From assembly GCA_964583985.1 (NCBI GenBank), contig CAZOYD010000010.1, positions 16,403-80,402 of the forward strand: a DNA stretch of 64,000 nt, in the 5' to 3' direction. Below, in pieces: positions 19,483-30,710 of the stretch; position 1 is the stretch's first letter; the number at the start of each line of letters is the position of its first letter. A program made the translations under genes and the position numbers. The stretch is from an uncultured archaeon. Lineage in GTDB: Archaea > Asgardarchaeota > Lokiarchaeia > Sigyniarchaeales > SOKP01. The notes beneath the pieces were generated by a model. That model saw only the letters and a list, made by a program, of their open reading frames with translations. It was not told the origin of the DNA and did no database searches.

Positions 19483-20775
19483 ATGAAAGCCGTAATCCTA
19501 GCAGCTGGAAAGGGAAAAAGGTTACGTCCTATAACAGCAACTAAGCCAAAACCCATGATTCCAATTGCAGGTAAACCTTTATTAGAGCACACAATCTTAG
19601 CTTTAAAGAATGTAGGCATCCATGACGTTCTAATTATTACTGGTTATAGAGAGAATGCCATTAAAGATTATTTTAAGGATGGAATTGATACAATCGGTAT
19701 AAATATATCATATATTACTCAAACAGAATATCATGGCACAGCAGATGCGACTAATTATGCAAAAAACTTTGTGAAAAATGATAATTTTCTTTTAATGTAC
19801 GGAGATTTGTTGGTTGATGAACGTGTATTCAAGGATGCAATTGAGCAATTCAAAACTCACGATCTTGACGGAATTATTTGTCTAATTAGAGTTGAAAATC
19901 CGCAAGATTTTGGAATTATCACGTTAGATTCTCAGTTAAATGTCAAGAATATCACTGAAAAACCAGATCCTAATATGAACTTAGGAAATTTAGCTAATGC
20001 AGGAGTTTATGTCTTTAAATCAAAGATTTTTAAAGCGATTGAAATGACAAGGGAATCCATTCGAGGGGAACTGGAATTTACAGATTCAATGCAAATTTTA
20101 ATAAAAGACTTAAGCGGCAAAATTAAGGGTCATGTCATTAATAATCTCTTTTGGAGTGATATCGGATTACCTTGGCAATTACTAGATGCAAATAAGTATT
20201 TGTTAGATCAATTAAACCCCTCAATTGAAGGTATTATTGAAAATAATGTGACTAAATCAGGTTCAATCCATATTGGTAATAAATCGATAATAAAAGCGGG
20301 AACAACAATAAACGGGCCTTGCTATATAGGAGAGAATTCATTAATAGGACCTAATGCTTTTATTCGCCCTTATAGCGTTATAGGTAATAATTGTCACGTT
20401 GGAATGTCTGAAGTAAAAAATTCTTTGATTTTCTCAAACACAAAAATCCCTCATTTTAATTACGTTGGTGATTCAATTATATGTGAAAATGTCAATCTCG
20501 GAGCGGGTACAAAAGTATCTAATCTCAGATTTGATAATAAAAGTATTAAGATGAACATCAATGGAAAATTGATAGATTCTAATAGAAGAAAATTAGGAGT
20601 TGTAATAGGTGCTAATTCTCAAACAGGCATAAACGTGAGTTTGATGTGTGGTAAAAAAATAGGCGAAAATTCTGTTATAGGAGCACACACTTTAATTAAT
20701 GAAGACGTACCCAGAGATAGTATTTACTTCCAAAATTCAAATGGGAAATTAATAAAAAAAGCTAATCATTTTTGA
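19483..20775 (+). CDS. glmU: Bifunctional sugar-1-phosphate nucleotidyltransferase/acetyltransferase (archaeal GlmU-like)
   Basis: ILAAGKGKRLRP..KP, EKP, left-handed beta-helix and HFNYVGDS motifs. Confidence 0.88.
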   Translation: MKAVILAAGKGKRLRPITATKPKPMIPIAGKPLLEHTILALKNVGIHDVLIITGYRENAIKDYFKDGIDTIGINISYITQTEYHGTADATNYAKNFVKNDNFLLMYGDLLVDERVFKDAIEQFKTHDLDGIICLIRVENPQDFGIITLDSQLNVKNITEKPDPNMNLGNLANAGVYVFKSKIFKAIEMTRESIRGELEFTDSMQILIKDLSGKIKGHVINNLFWSDIGLPWQLLDANKYLLDQLNPSIEGIIENNVTKSGSIHIGNKSIIKAGTTINGPCYIGENSLIGPNAFIRPYSVIGNNCHVGMSEVKNSLIFSNTKIPHFNYVGDSIICENVNLGAGTKVSNLRFDNKSIKMNINGKLIDSNRRKLGVVIGANSQTGINVSLMCGKKIGENSVIGAHTLINEDVPRDSIYFQNSNGKLIKKANHF

Positions 20776-20895
20776 TAAGAATTCAATAATATCAGTAAAA
20801 ACGAATGCTTTAGCAAAAATTATCGCAGAATTTATGAATATAAATTTGAAGCTAAAAAAATCAAAAAAAGTAATAAAAAATTCTGAATTAAGAAA

Positions 20896-21699
20896 TTATT
20901 CTTCAGCTTCTTCTTCCTCTTCTTCAGAAATATCTTCCGGAATAATTTCTTCCTTTTGAGGTGTGGGTCTAGCTTGTGCTAGTTTTCTAACATTAATCCT
21001 TTCACTTCTTTTTATTTCACTCTTACGAGATCGTTTAACTTCAACTTCAACGATGTCAAAATCCTCTTCTTTTGAAACGTAAATTTGATCCTTCCCTCCT
21101 TCAGGAGTAGAAATTAATTTGCTTTTAATGATTGAAGAATTTGATAAGGGATAAATTGTTTTTGCTACTCTTTGTATTTGCTTAGCAAATTCTCCATAAA
21201 CCATTCCACTTATGAATTTTTCATGATCAATGGATTTCCCAAATTCAGTGAGAATTTGTTTTATTATCTTTCTAATGAGAATTTGTTGACTGCTTCTAGC
21301 TCTCTTAATAGTTGTGCATATTGTTGTTAAGCGAAATACATACCCATCTTTTGTTGTAATGTTTAAAATAATTTGGATCTTTGAGCTTCCCCTTTCAATC
21401 AACGATCTTACAAAATCATTGGTAAAAATATGTCCTATAAACATTGTGTTACAAGTGTTAGTTTCAGGATTTACGTCAATAACTTTAAATTTTATCTTGA
21501 GATTGATATCTGAAAAATTATTGGTAATATCATAGAGTAGGATTTCAATTGTTCTGTCAATGACGTTATTTTCAAATCCCATAATTTCTCCAATTTCTTT
21601 AAAATTGAAGCTTTTTGGGGCTTTTAAAGCAAACCAACTTTTATCTTTAAAAGATACTTTCTTTACTCTCACTCTCTTCTTTTTAGCTTTCTGGCTCAT
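20896..21699 (-). CDS. rps3ae: 30S ribosomal protein S3Ae (eS1)
   Basis: KDKSWFALKAP..F, DFVRSLIERGSSKI, TKDGY and KTIYPL motifs; downstream of S15. Confidence 0.92.
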   Translation of the reverse strand: MSQKAKKKRVRVKKVSFKDKSWFALKAPKSFNFKEIGEIMGFENNVIDRTIEILLYDITNNFSDINLKIKFKVIDVNPETNTCNTMFIGHIFTNDFVRSLIERGSSKIQIILNITTKDGYVFRLTTICTTIKRARSSQQILIRKIIKQILTEFGKSIDHEKFISGMVYGEFAKQIQRVAKTIYPLSNSSIIKSKLISTPEGGKDQIYVSKEEDFDIVEVEVKRSRKSEIKRSERINVRKLAQARPTPQKEEIIPEDISEEEEEEAEE

Positions 21700-21707
21700 T
21701 TATATTA

Positions 21708-22166
21708 TTACCTCGCCATTAATGTCCTTATTTTTTCAGGAACATACTTGAATTCTTGCTCCAATACTTTCTTCTTCTTATAATATCGGATTAACCGATA
21801 AATTTTTGCTTCAGTTCGTTGCAACCCTTTTTTTGATTCAAGATCTTTATGATTAATTTCGAGATGTTTACGTAGATTGAGTGCTTTCTTAACTAAATCG
21901 GAGAGATCTTCTGGTAAAGGCGAAATTATGTCATTATTTTCGAGAATCTGACTAATCGACTTCCCAGTTACAACTTTTACTAAAGGTACGCCATGGGAAT
22001 CTCTTAAAATAATTCCAATCATTGCTTTGGAGAATCCTCTTTTCGCTAATTTGACGACTTCAGCTTCTACTTCTTCACCAGACAATTCAACCCATACGGG
22101 TTTCTCTAATCTTGCAGGTCGAGTACTGCCGGAAGTTCCCTTCTTTCTTGAATGCATCCGAGCCAT
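21708..22166 (-). CDS. rps15: 30S ribosomal protein S15P/S13e (uS15)
   Basis: MARMHSRKKGTSGSTRP, IGIILRDSHG, LPEDL and KIYRLIRYYK motifs; start ATG 22166. Confidence 0.95.
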   Translation of the reverse strand: MARMHSRKKGTSGSTRPARLEKPVWVELSGEEVEAEVVKLAKRGFSKAMIGIILRDSHGVPLVKVVTGKSISQILENNDIISPLPEDLSDLVKKALNLRKHLEINHKDLESKKGLQRTEAKIYRLIRYYKKKKVLEQEFKYVPEKIRTLMAR

Positions 22167-22356
22167 TTTATCACAGCACAATTAAAAATTTTAAGATTCT
22201 AATTATAATTTTAAATGATTTTTCGAAAATAAAATTTTGGAATTTTATTTAATTCCCAACCATTCAGCGTATTTTTTTTTCTAGATAAGGGAAAAAAACT
22301 CACACAAAAATTAATTGTTTATATATCTAAATAAACCTTAGAGAATTATTACCAAT

Positions 22357-22941
22357 ATGACTCTATTAAAAGAAGACTTATATTTTATCACAGGGAATTC
22401 TCATAAATTTCTTGAAATTCACCACTTATTCAAACAAGAATCCTTACAATATAACCTTATTCAAAAAGAATTAAAAACAATTGAAATTCAATCTAATTCA
22501 ATTAAATCCGTGGCAGAATTCAAATTAAATAGCGTAAAAGAAAAATTAACCAAATCTGCCTTTGTAGAAGATGCTGGTTTTTTTGTCGATAATCCATTGA
22601 ATGGTTTTCCCGGTGTATTTTCTTCTTATGTCATGAAAACAATCGGGAATAAAGGAATATTGAGTCTAATAAATAATTTTGAAGAGAGTAAAGCTCATTT
22701 TTGTACAGTAATCGCATTATACTTTAAACCGTTGGATAAAGTATTATGCTTTGAAGGGATAGTAGAAGGTAAGGTATCAAGTGTTCAGAAAGGGACCAAT
22801 GGATTTGGATTTGATCCTATCTTCATTCCAGATGAAATCCCAACAAAAACATTCGCAGAATTAACTACGTCACAAAAAAATTCAATTTCTCACCGTGGTA
22901 AAGCTTGGATGAAACTCATTGATTTTTTAAAAGAAAATTGA
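22357..22941 (+). CDS. rdgB: Non-canonical purine NTP pyrophosphatase (RdgB/HAM1)
   Basis: TGNSHK, EIQ, VEDAG, GFPG, GFGFDPIF, TFAEL and SHRGKA motifs. Confidence 0.95.
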   Translation: MTLLKEDLYFITGNSHKFLEIHHLFKQESLQYNLIQKELKTIEIQSNSIKSVAEFKLNSVKEKLTKSAFVEDAGFFVDNPLNGFPGVFSSYVMKTIGNKGILSLINNFEESKAHFCTVIALYFKPLDKVLCFEGIVEGKVSSVQKGTNGFGFDPIFIPDEIPTKTFAELTTSQKNSISHRGKAWMKLIDFLKEN

Positions 22942-22949
22942 AAAATTGA

Positions 22950-25913
22950 TTAAAAAGTCTGCCTAAATATATCCATTATAGATTGCCTACTCAGTCGTAT
23001 CAGTATGAAGTACATTCCTACAACACCAATAAGTATTGATATTGTAAACACTCTCAAAATGGCATCAACGGGTAGGATAAAATTAGCAGGAAGCTCTGTC
23101 ATTAAGGCCATATTCGTTTCAAGCAAATAGCCACAATATGTGCCTATAAACGTGCCCATCGTTCCTGCTGATAATAATAATAAAAGACTTTCGATTAGAA
23201 ACATATTTCGAACATTTCTAGTCTTCATGCCCATGCTTCTTAAGATGCCAATTTCAAATTTTCGCTCAAGCATGATCGCAAACATATTGCTAATTAGTCC
23301 AAAAATCGATATCATAACCGCAAACATCAAGATAATTTCCATCAATGTACTTTGACGCTCCATCATTCCAATCATAAAGTTTACTTTCGAAATCGCATCA
23401 TCAATTGAAAAACTTTTATCTTTATAGATTGTATTTATATCATCCATCGTTGATTCTATATTTTCTTCAGTATTTTCAATCAGATTGACAAATATCTTAT
23501 CAATGATCATATTTGGTTCTCTAGGATTATCTACCTTCATTAAATTAATATAATTATCTAAAGAAACTAAGATCCCACCACCATAAGCAGAAATTTCTGA
23601 ACTTCTAAAATTCCAATAACCTGGCATTCCTCCACAGATCCCAACAACCCTAAAAAGCGAAATATTACCCGGATCATTTGGTATTTGAGGATTATAAAAA
23701 TTTAATCGAACATATTCACCTACATCTTCAATTCCTAAAACTGATGCTATTGATTTTGCGATGATACAAGTGTTATTATTTTGAAAGATTTGACTAAAAG
23801 AATAATTAAACCCGCTATTGGGGCTACTCCAAATTATGAGATCTTTATCTACCACCTTGGTAAAATCTTCATCAATTCCAATAAATCCTGCTTCAATTTC
23901 ATCAAAATTGGCGATATCTGCTGCAGTCACTTGGAACTTTGTTTCTGCTTGTCGAGCATAGAATTCAAAGATGTTTATAAAAACCTCATCTGTAGAGTCA
24001 CCTCCAAACCCTATTCCTCCTTCTGATGATGAAAAAATTGTTGAAATCACAGAAGTCAAATCATATGTATTAAAAAGAGAGATCGCAATCGATTTAATAC
24101 CTGGGAAGGATTGTAATTCTTCTGCCATATCAAGAGTCAAGGCGCTCTCCGGATCATAACCTTGGTTTGCTAGCACCAAATCTGAACCATACTGCATTTT
24201 CAAACTAGTTGACATGGTTACTGATTGCATTTCGGTAACACTCGTTATAAAAAAAATGAAACTGAAGGATATTGAAAACATTACTATGGTGCTTGTATTT
24301 CTTCGTGTATATCTCTTTAAGGAAATCTTGACGATATTCCTATATTTTCTTATAAATGGTGAAATAATCGTTAAAAACACCCTTTGAATGATCGGTATCA
24401 TTCCTACTGAAGCGAATACAAGTCCAAGTAAAACTGCTGCTAGCATTCCTATAAATAGTCCAGCTAACATCATCATTCCCCCCGTTACCATTATTCTTGG
24501 TAATAAGACGAATACTATCATTCCTAACGTGGAAATTGATATTCCTATCAGAAAATTCTTTATGTTTATGCTTCCTTCTTTTTTGACTTCCCACCCCTCT
24601 TCTTTGGTATGAAAAGGTGTGATAGATTTTATCAAATCTTGTCTCGAGGTTTTCAGTGCTGGTATTAAAGCAATACAAAGAGAGGTAATTGATCCAATAG
24701 ATAATTCCAATGCAACAGTTTCTGGATTTATAACGAAATCTTCCATCAAAAAAGGAAAATTAGTCATGCTGAAAAGTACACTAACAATGGAAGGAGTGAA
24801 AATGATGCCTATTATTACTCCTATTATGGATCCCATTACTCCTAAAAGAAATCCCTCAAAAAGGACCATTTTTATTGGCATGCCTTTTCTACCTCCAACA
24901 ACGCGCATTATGCCAAACTCTCTCATTCTTTCTTCGATGGAAGTGGACAATATTGAATTAATTAGGATTCCTGTTATCAAGATAGAAAGAATTGTTATAA
25001 ACCAAAAGATGATTGTCATCATCACTAGCGTAAATTCACCACTAGATAATTCCTCTAATTTTGGCATCGTAACTGAATATGTATTAATGTCTAATCTTTC
25101 TTGAATTCGTGTTCCGATTTCTCGTAGACGAGTAGTGGTCTCATCCAAATTACTCACATCATATATAAATTGTGGATTTTCAATCGTGCCTACTATAAAA
25201 TTAATTTCATCTGATCGTTGAAGAAATTCTTGTGCTTGTTCTAAGTTAACTAAGATCAAACTTGTTTCGAATTGGAAAAACTTTAGATCCTGTTCACAAA
25301 TAGCAATGATTTCTAAATCTAAATTATATTGCTGATATTCTAAGTGAATAGTATCTCCTATTGAAACATTTAGTAGTTCTGCAACATTCCACAAAATAAC
25401 ACATTCTCCATCATCAGGTTCCTTAATGTAAATCTCCCCGGTTTCAACTCCATTTTCATCGACGATTTTTAAATCTCCCAGCTTTCCACTGTTTGCTTCT
25501 TGAATGAAATTTAAACCATACATTTCAAGGGATCCGTTTGAATCTGTATTATCTGATGATGTTTTAACTACAGCCATAATCCTTGGAAAAAATTCATTGA
25601 CACCCGAGATATCATGGAGTTCATTTTGAATGAGAGATTCATCAAAATAAGGGTCATATGTAATATCTGTTTGAGGAATTTTGGTGATCATAATATCAGC
25701 ACTTCCAGTTGTAGTAGTTACTGAGTCGATATAATTATAACTCATGGTATCGTTAACCATTCCGATTGCAGTCAATAAAATGATTGAAATTGCAATTCCA
25801 CCAATACCAAAAAATGCTTTGGCTTTATTACGCTTAAGATCAATCCATGAGTTTTTGATAAATTGTAAATTAATCTTCAGCTGAAATTTATACCAAATTT
25901 CTCTTATGTTCAA
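22950..25913 (-). CDS. FtsX/MacB-family ABC permease with duplicated architecture
   Basis: Two large extracytoplasmic domains and two FtsX C-terminal motifs (ERMREFGIMRVVG; ERKFEIGILRSMG). Confidence 0.88.
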   Translation of the reverse strand: MNIREIWYKFQLKINLQFIKNSWIDLKRNKAKAFFGIGGIAISIILLTAIGMVNDTMSYNYIDSVTTTTGSADIMITKIPQTDITYDPYFDESLIQNELHDISGVNEFFPRIMAVVKTSSDNTDSNGSLEMYGLNFIQEANSGKLGDLKIVDENGVETGEIYIKEPDDGECVILWNVAELLNVSIGDTIHLEYQQYNLDLEIIAICEQDLKFFQFETSLILVNLEQAQEFLQRSDEINFIVGTIENPQFIYDVSNLDETTTRLREIGTRIQERLDINTYSVTMPKLEELSSGEFTLVMMTIIFWFITILSILITGILINSILSTSIEERMREFGIMRVVGGRKGMPIKMVLFEGFLLGVMGSIIGVIIGIIFTPSIVSVLFSMTNFPFLMEDFVINPETVALELSIGSITSLCIALIPALKTSRQDLIKSITPFHTKEEGWEVKKEGSINIKNFLIGISISTLGMIVFVLLPRIMVTGGMMMLAGLFIGMLAAVLLGLVFASVGMIPIIQRVFLTIISPFIRKYRNIVKISLKRYTRRNTSTIVMFSISFSFIFFITSVTEMQSVTMSTSLKMQYGSDLVLANQGYDPESALTLDMAEELQSFPGIKSIAISLFNTYDLTSVISTIFSSSEGGIGFGGDSTDEVFINIFEFYARQAETKFQVTAADIANFDEIEAGFIGIDEDFTKVVDKDLIIWSSPNSGFNYSFSQIFQNNNTCIIAKSIASVLGIEDVGEYVRLNFYNPQIPNDPGNISLFRVVGICGGMPGYWNFRSSEISAYGGGILVSLDNYINLMKVDNPREPNMIIDKIFVNLIENTEENIESTMDDINTIYKDKSFSIDDAISKVNFMIGMMERQSTLMEIILMFAVMISIFGLISNMFAIMLERKFEIGILRSMGMKTRNVRNMFLIESLLLLLSAGTMGTFIGTYCGYLLETNMALMTELPANFILPVDAILRVFTISILIGVVGMYFILIRLSRQSIMDIFRQTF

Positions 25914-25940
25914 TTTTTTTCCTTATTTTATCAAGTAATT

Positions 25941-28900
25941 CTAATCTAAAACACTAAATTTTTTATTCTTTTTATCATACTTTTTTAATATTTTTCCCTC
26001 TTTTGCTAAAATATCCATAATTTCTTGCTTCTCTCTTCTAACTAATCTTACTCCTTGACAAGTTTTGTTTTTACAGTAGTAATGCTCTCCAGGTTCATCT
26101 TTAAAATACCATTTTCCACAATTCAAACAGTTATATGCGACAAATAACTGATCATGCTCGCAACTCGGACATATATAACTGTATCTATCAGCAGAAAACC
26201 AAGATTTGCAGTATCTGCAATGAACTATTAAGGGTCTAGTTAATTCATCTGCTTCCATGACTTGAATCCTTTTAATTATCTGATCTTTATCAATGGACTT
26301 TAGGCGTATTTTTTCAACATTATTAACTGTAAGCCGTTTATTCCACGTTCTTCCTTTTAAGAATATTATTAAACCAATTATGAATGCTACTCCAAAGATA
26401 ATTAACCAAGGTCCAAAAGTACGGAAATTGAAAATTCCATTTTGAATAGTTATGGTTATAGATTCTTCTATCCAATTTCCCTCTTTATCATAAGCAATGA
26501 CATTTATGTGGTGTATTCCATCATTATAAAAAGTTGTATCCCACTCATAGAGCAATAAGTTGGTACTGATATCATATGAAAAAGAGTTTCTACTTATAAC
26601 CTCACCATCAATATATAGAAAAATTTTTGCTAAATTTAACTCTACGTTATCCGTTATGTTGACTTTGATTGTAAATATGGAACCTATTAATTGGTCCTCT
26701 ATAGGTGATAGGAAATTTATTGTGGGTTGTATGAAATCTGTTTTTTGATCATATCCAATATACATATTTGACAATAACCAGCCATAACCCAACCCTATGG
26801 TATTATCATTTGACTCCAAAGCAAACATAATCATTACAATTTCATCTGAATATTGGGATAGGTCAATAGATTCATTACCAGAAAGAGTCTCATCATAGAA
26901 ATATTCTTTTAATACTTCCCAATTATCACCATAATTTGTGGAGATTAAGACCACGCATTTATCCAACAAATCTCTATCCATGTAATATTCATTTTGGAGT
27001 GAGATTTCAAAAGAATATTGGAGAAACGTGGTATATTCATCTCTCAGTTGAATGGGCTTTGTGATTAATTCAATATTCCAATTTGGACCATAACCTTGTT
27101 CAAATCCACCATAACTCATTCCCAAGCCTCCATATAAATAATGCTTTCCCAATCTTGTTATTGGGTGCCAAGTATTATCTCCTTTTAACCAAGCCGTGTT
27201 TTCTTTTGGAGTTGGGACCCCATTTATATAAAAGTCATTTAAATTCTCATCAGAGAATTCATAACCAATTAATTTTTCACTATTAATGATATTGTATTCT
27301 AAAGCCATAGGAAACTCGAAAGAGAATAACTCATTATTACGATTATACCAAGGCGAGTGATACGTGAATTTACCATCAGAAACGTGAAATCTAAACGATT
27401 TATTGTCATAATTTCCTAAAAATAAAGATTTAAGAAATAATATTCCTTCTCCTTCATTATGCTGAGAGCTCACATTCCAATCCCCATGTATATTAATCAT
27501 TGAATGATTCTCATTGCCAACTTCTAAATAAAGATACTCAGGATAATTATTATCTAAATCGTAATACCTACACATAATTAGAAATTGTTCATATTTTGAA
27601 CCCTTGTTATTTGAAATGTCTCTACTTATATTAAAGTCGATGAAAGGTGTATAATAATTTGTTAAGTTAACCAATGAAAAGTAATCTAAAATTAAACCTT
27701 TATAATTAATAGGATCATATTGGTCATCAAGATTAGTAATAAATTGGAATTGTACAAAATTTCCTAAATATCTTGATAAATTTATACTTTCAATGAACCA
27801 GTCGCTTTCTTCATTACTGTATGTTTTTATAGTCGTCCATCCCGTCCAATTAAGGTTAACCTGTAAATAAACATAATCTCCCGCATTTATACTCGTTCTC
27901 ATTCCAAAATTCGCAAACGGTTGCGTATGATTTTCGTTTAGTCTTGTTAAATTAAATAAAGGACTGATTAATGTTCCATTCGGATATGGATTTGATAAAA
28001 TATACGGTTGGTAAGTATAATTGGATGGAAAATGATGGTCTCTCCCAAAATACATACTTTCCCATTGAGTATCATATAACAATGAACGGTTATCTATTTG
28101 ATTTGATTGAATTAAAAAATCCCATCCCGTTCCAATAATTGTCCAATTATTCCAACCATTATTGAAATAATGAGAATATGGTAATTGCTTGCTATCATCG
28201 GGAAATTCCACTGTAATATTTAGAAACCCAATCTCCGGAAATCGTACGGTGTGCAAACCATCACTCGCTAAAAAAAAATAGTGAAATACTCCAGATGACG
28301 GAAACTTAAGGTACTCCGTTTCAAAAAGCGCTCCATCTGTAAAATTGCTATCAAATTCATACAATTGAGACATTGAATAATTTAATGATGTTTCCATTAT
28401 TGATACGTACACTTCTTGTGGAGGAACATTTGAAACATCCATATCAAAATAATCAATATAAAAACGATAGCTATCTATTGAATAATTCTTATATGGATTA
28501 TATCCTAAATATTCTTGACGGGAAAGAATTGTTGCATTCTTTTGACCCCCCACGAAATTTATTAAAGGAACGCGCAATTCTGGAACGTGATTGTTATCAA
28601 TCGTTGATATATTTAAAGTAAAAGTACTTTCACCACTGATTGCTTTTACAACTATTATGCATTCAGTTTGATTTGATTTTGGTGTAAAATAGAACGAGTC
28701 AAAATCACCATACCATTTTCTTGTTGATTCTAATAAGATCGGTTCTCCATTTACTTTTGACGAATTAACAAAGAGAAACATATCCAAATTTGAATTCTCA
28801 TCTACATTTTTTAGCTTAAATTCATATTGTTTATCTTCATTGAGTAATATTCTACGAGCAAAAACATGATTACCTAAAGGATTTATTTTGGAACTGACTA

Positions 28901-30710
28901 CTGAATTTTGAATTGAAGAATTAACTGAAAGGTATTTTATTAAAGCCTCAGTAGCTGCTTGAATATTAACGCGCCCATAACCTTCATGAATATCTTTAAT
29001 AGTTGAGGGAATTCCTATATAAGAACTTGGTGAATATTGGCTTTCATCAATGACTGTTGAAGGGTTATCTTCTCTATTAAGATTTGTTTCTGAAGCAGTC
29101 ATTAACAGTATTGCTTTTAATGATTTTGCTAATTGTGAGGTATTGCAAGCGCTCCAAGAACTCCAATCATTCCATCTCGCATCAATTAAAATATTTATTG
29201 CAGCAGAGATTATTGCTGCTGAAATAGAAGTTCCTTGAGAACCAGTAACATGATCAGAATTTGCTTTAGCACTTATGATATTCCGATGTCCTGGTAATTG
29301 ACTCCCTCCTGGAGCGAGAATGTCTGGTTTAATAATATTTTCACCAATTAATTCTCCCATACTACTATAAGCAGCTACTTGATCCTTGTCATTTATTGCT
29401 CCTACAACAATAGCATTCTCACTAAGTGCTAATTTGTTAAGAGGACTTGATCCCTCGACGCCAGAATTTCCAGCTGCTATTACAACCACAATACCATTAT
29501 CTGCTACATCATTAATTGCTTTAGTAACTGCCATTATATCTTGACCTAAAGTCCCAATACTCAGGCAAGCAGACACTATTTTATTTGCATCTTTATTTTG
29601 TAAAACATTCCCTAATGCTGAGATCAGATCAGAAGTATACCCATAACCAGAATTGTTCAATATTTTATAAGAATGAATATTAGACGCGTTTGCTATCCCA
29701 GTGAAATGATTGAAATTGGGAATATAATTTTCTGGCAAAAAAGACGCATTTACATTATAATAAAATTTGGGATTTTTATTTAATTGCTTGTGATATTTCA
29801 TGTACAAATCATAGATCCCCGTTCCGTACGTCGAAATTCGTTGAGAAAACTGATACATCGTGTTTTGCATTAGATTATGGGTCGAATTCACTAAAGTTGA
29901 ATCGAAATATAATTCAAACCACACGTTATCTATTCCAAGTTCCTCCAGTTGCCAACTTGCCGATATGTTTATATTAGAACTTACAGGTGTGGCATTAAAT
30001 GATCCGATCTTAAAAGAATAATTTTTAGAGGGAATATATTCTTCGAATAGATCTAAATGAGAATAATTCGCTTCATATAATATTAAAGACGGATTTACAC
30101 TATCATAATGATCAATTCCAGTGCCTGCTATAATTGAGGATATAAACGTACCATGACCGTTATTATCAGAAATAGGCGCTAAATCCACAAAATTATCATA
30201 ACCCGAAATTTTACCTTGCAAAAATTGTTGATTAGAATCAATTCCAGTATCTAAAACTGCTATTGAAGAACCCGTGTCTCCATTAAATCCATTTATGCTC
30301 CAAGTTGAATTAACAGCCCCTGATTGATATGAAGCATAATTTAATTGAGTTTCAATAATTTCATCTAATTCTATGTTGATGTCGTTAAACTCGGAAGCAA
30401 ATGAAGAAATATTCTCAGCAGGCAACTTTCCGGCAAATCCTGAAATACTTTTAAACACATTGTTCCATTCTTCATTCTCCTTTAATTGACCTCCATAAAA
30501 CTCGAATCTGGTTTTAATACTTGGATTAAAAGTTGATTGATTGAAAAATATTATGAGATCTGGCATGTTTGAGGTTGATAAATGAAGATTTCTCTTTTTT
30601 AATTCTGAAGTAGATTGAACAGAGATGTGCTGCGGGAATAGTAATTGAATTCCAAAAATTGAAAATATGAAAATTACTATGAAGAAAATCGTTTTATTTT
30701 TCACATTCAC
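25941..30710 (-). CDS. Membrane-anchored S8 (subtilisin-like) serine peptidase with cytoplasmic Zn-ribbons
   Basis: Signal/anchor peptide; triad AVLDTGID, NGHGTF, QGTSIS; oxyanion AAGNSG; beta-rich repeats; Ig-like domain; C-terminal TM; CRYC/CPSC/CLNC/CKNKTC tail. Confidence 0.88.
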   Translation of the reverse strand: MNVKNKTIFFIVIFIFSIFGIQLLFPQHISVQSTSELKKRNLHLSTSNMPDLIIFFNQSTFNPSIKTRFEFYGGQLKENEEWNNVFKSISGFAGKLPAENISSFASEFNDINIELDEIIETQLNYASYQSGAVNSTWSINGFNGDTGSSIAVLDTGIDSNQQFLQGKISGYDNFVDLAPISDNNGHGTFISSIIAGTGIDHYDSVNPSLILYEANYSHLDLFEEYIPSKNYSFKIGSFNATPVSSNINISASWQLEELGIDNVWFELYFDSTLVNSTHNLMQNTMYQFSQRISTYGTGIYDLYMKYHKQLNKNPKFYYNVNASFLPENYIPNFNHFTGIANASNIHSYKILNNSGYGYTSDLISALGNVLQNKDANKIVSACLSIGTLGQDIMAVTKAINDVADNGIVVVIAAGNSGVEGSSPLNKLALSENAIVVGAINDKDQVAAYSSMGELIGENIIKPDILAPGGSQLPGHRNIISAKANSDHVTGSQGTSISAAIISAAINILIDARWNDWSSWSACNTSQLAKSLKAILLMTASETNLNREDNPSTVIDESQYSPSSYIGIPSTIKDIHEGYGRVNIQAATEALIKYLSVNSSIQNSVVSSKINPLGNHVFARRILLNEDKQYEFKLKNVDENSNLDMFLFVNSSKVNGEPILLESTRKWYGDFDSFYFTPKSNQTECIIVVKAISGESTFTLNISTIDNNHVPELRVPLINFVGGQKNATILSRQEYLGYNPYKNYSIDSYRFYIDYFDMDVSNVPPQEVYVSIMETSLNYSMSQLYEFDSNFTDGALFETEYLKFPSSGVFHYFFLASDGLHTVRFPEIGFLNITVEFPDDSKQLPYSHYFNNGWNNWTIIGTGWDFLIQSNQIDNRSLLYDTQWESMYFGRDHHFPSNYTYQPYILSNPYPNGTLISPLFNLTRLNENHTQPFANFGMRTSINAGDYVYLQVNLNWTGWTTIKTYSNEESDWFIESINLSRYLGNFVQFQFITNLDDQYDPINYKGLILDYFSLVNLTNYYTPFIDFNISRDISNNKGSKYEQFLIMCRYYDLDNNYPEYLYLEVGNENHSMINIHGDWNVSSQHNEGEGILFLKSLFLGNYDNKSFRFHVSDGKFTYHSPWYNRNNELFSFEFPMALEYNIINSEKLIGYEFSDENLNDFYINGVPTPKENTAWLKGDNTWHPITRLGKHYLYGGLGMSYGGFEQGYGPNWNIELITKPIQLRDEYTTFLQYSFEISLQNEYYMDRDLLDKCVVLISTNYGDNWEVLKEYFYDETLSGNESIDLSQYSDEIVMIMFALESNDNTIGLGYGWLLSNMYIGYDQKTDFIQPTINFLSPIEDQLIGSIFTIKVNITDNVELNLAKIFLYIDGEVISRNSFSYDISTNLLLYEWDTTFYNDGIHHINVIAYDKEGNWIEESITITIQNGIFNFRTFGPWLIIFGVAFIIGLIIFLKGRTWNKRLTVNNVEKIRLKSIDKDQIIKRIQVMEADELTRPLIVHCRYCKSWFSADRYSYICPSCEHDQLFVAYNCLNCGKWYFKDEPGEHYYCKNKTCQGVRLVRREKQEIMDILAKEGKILKKYDKKNKKFSVLD

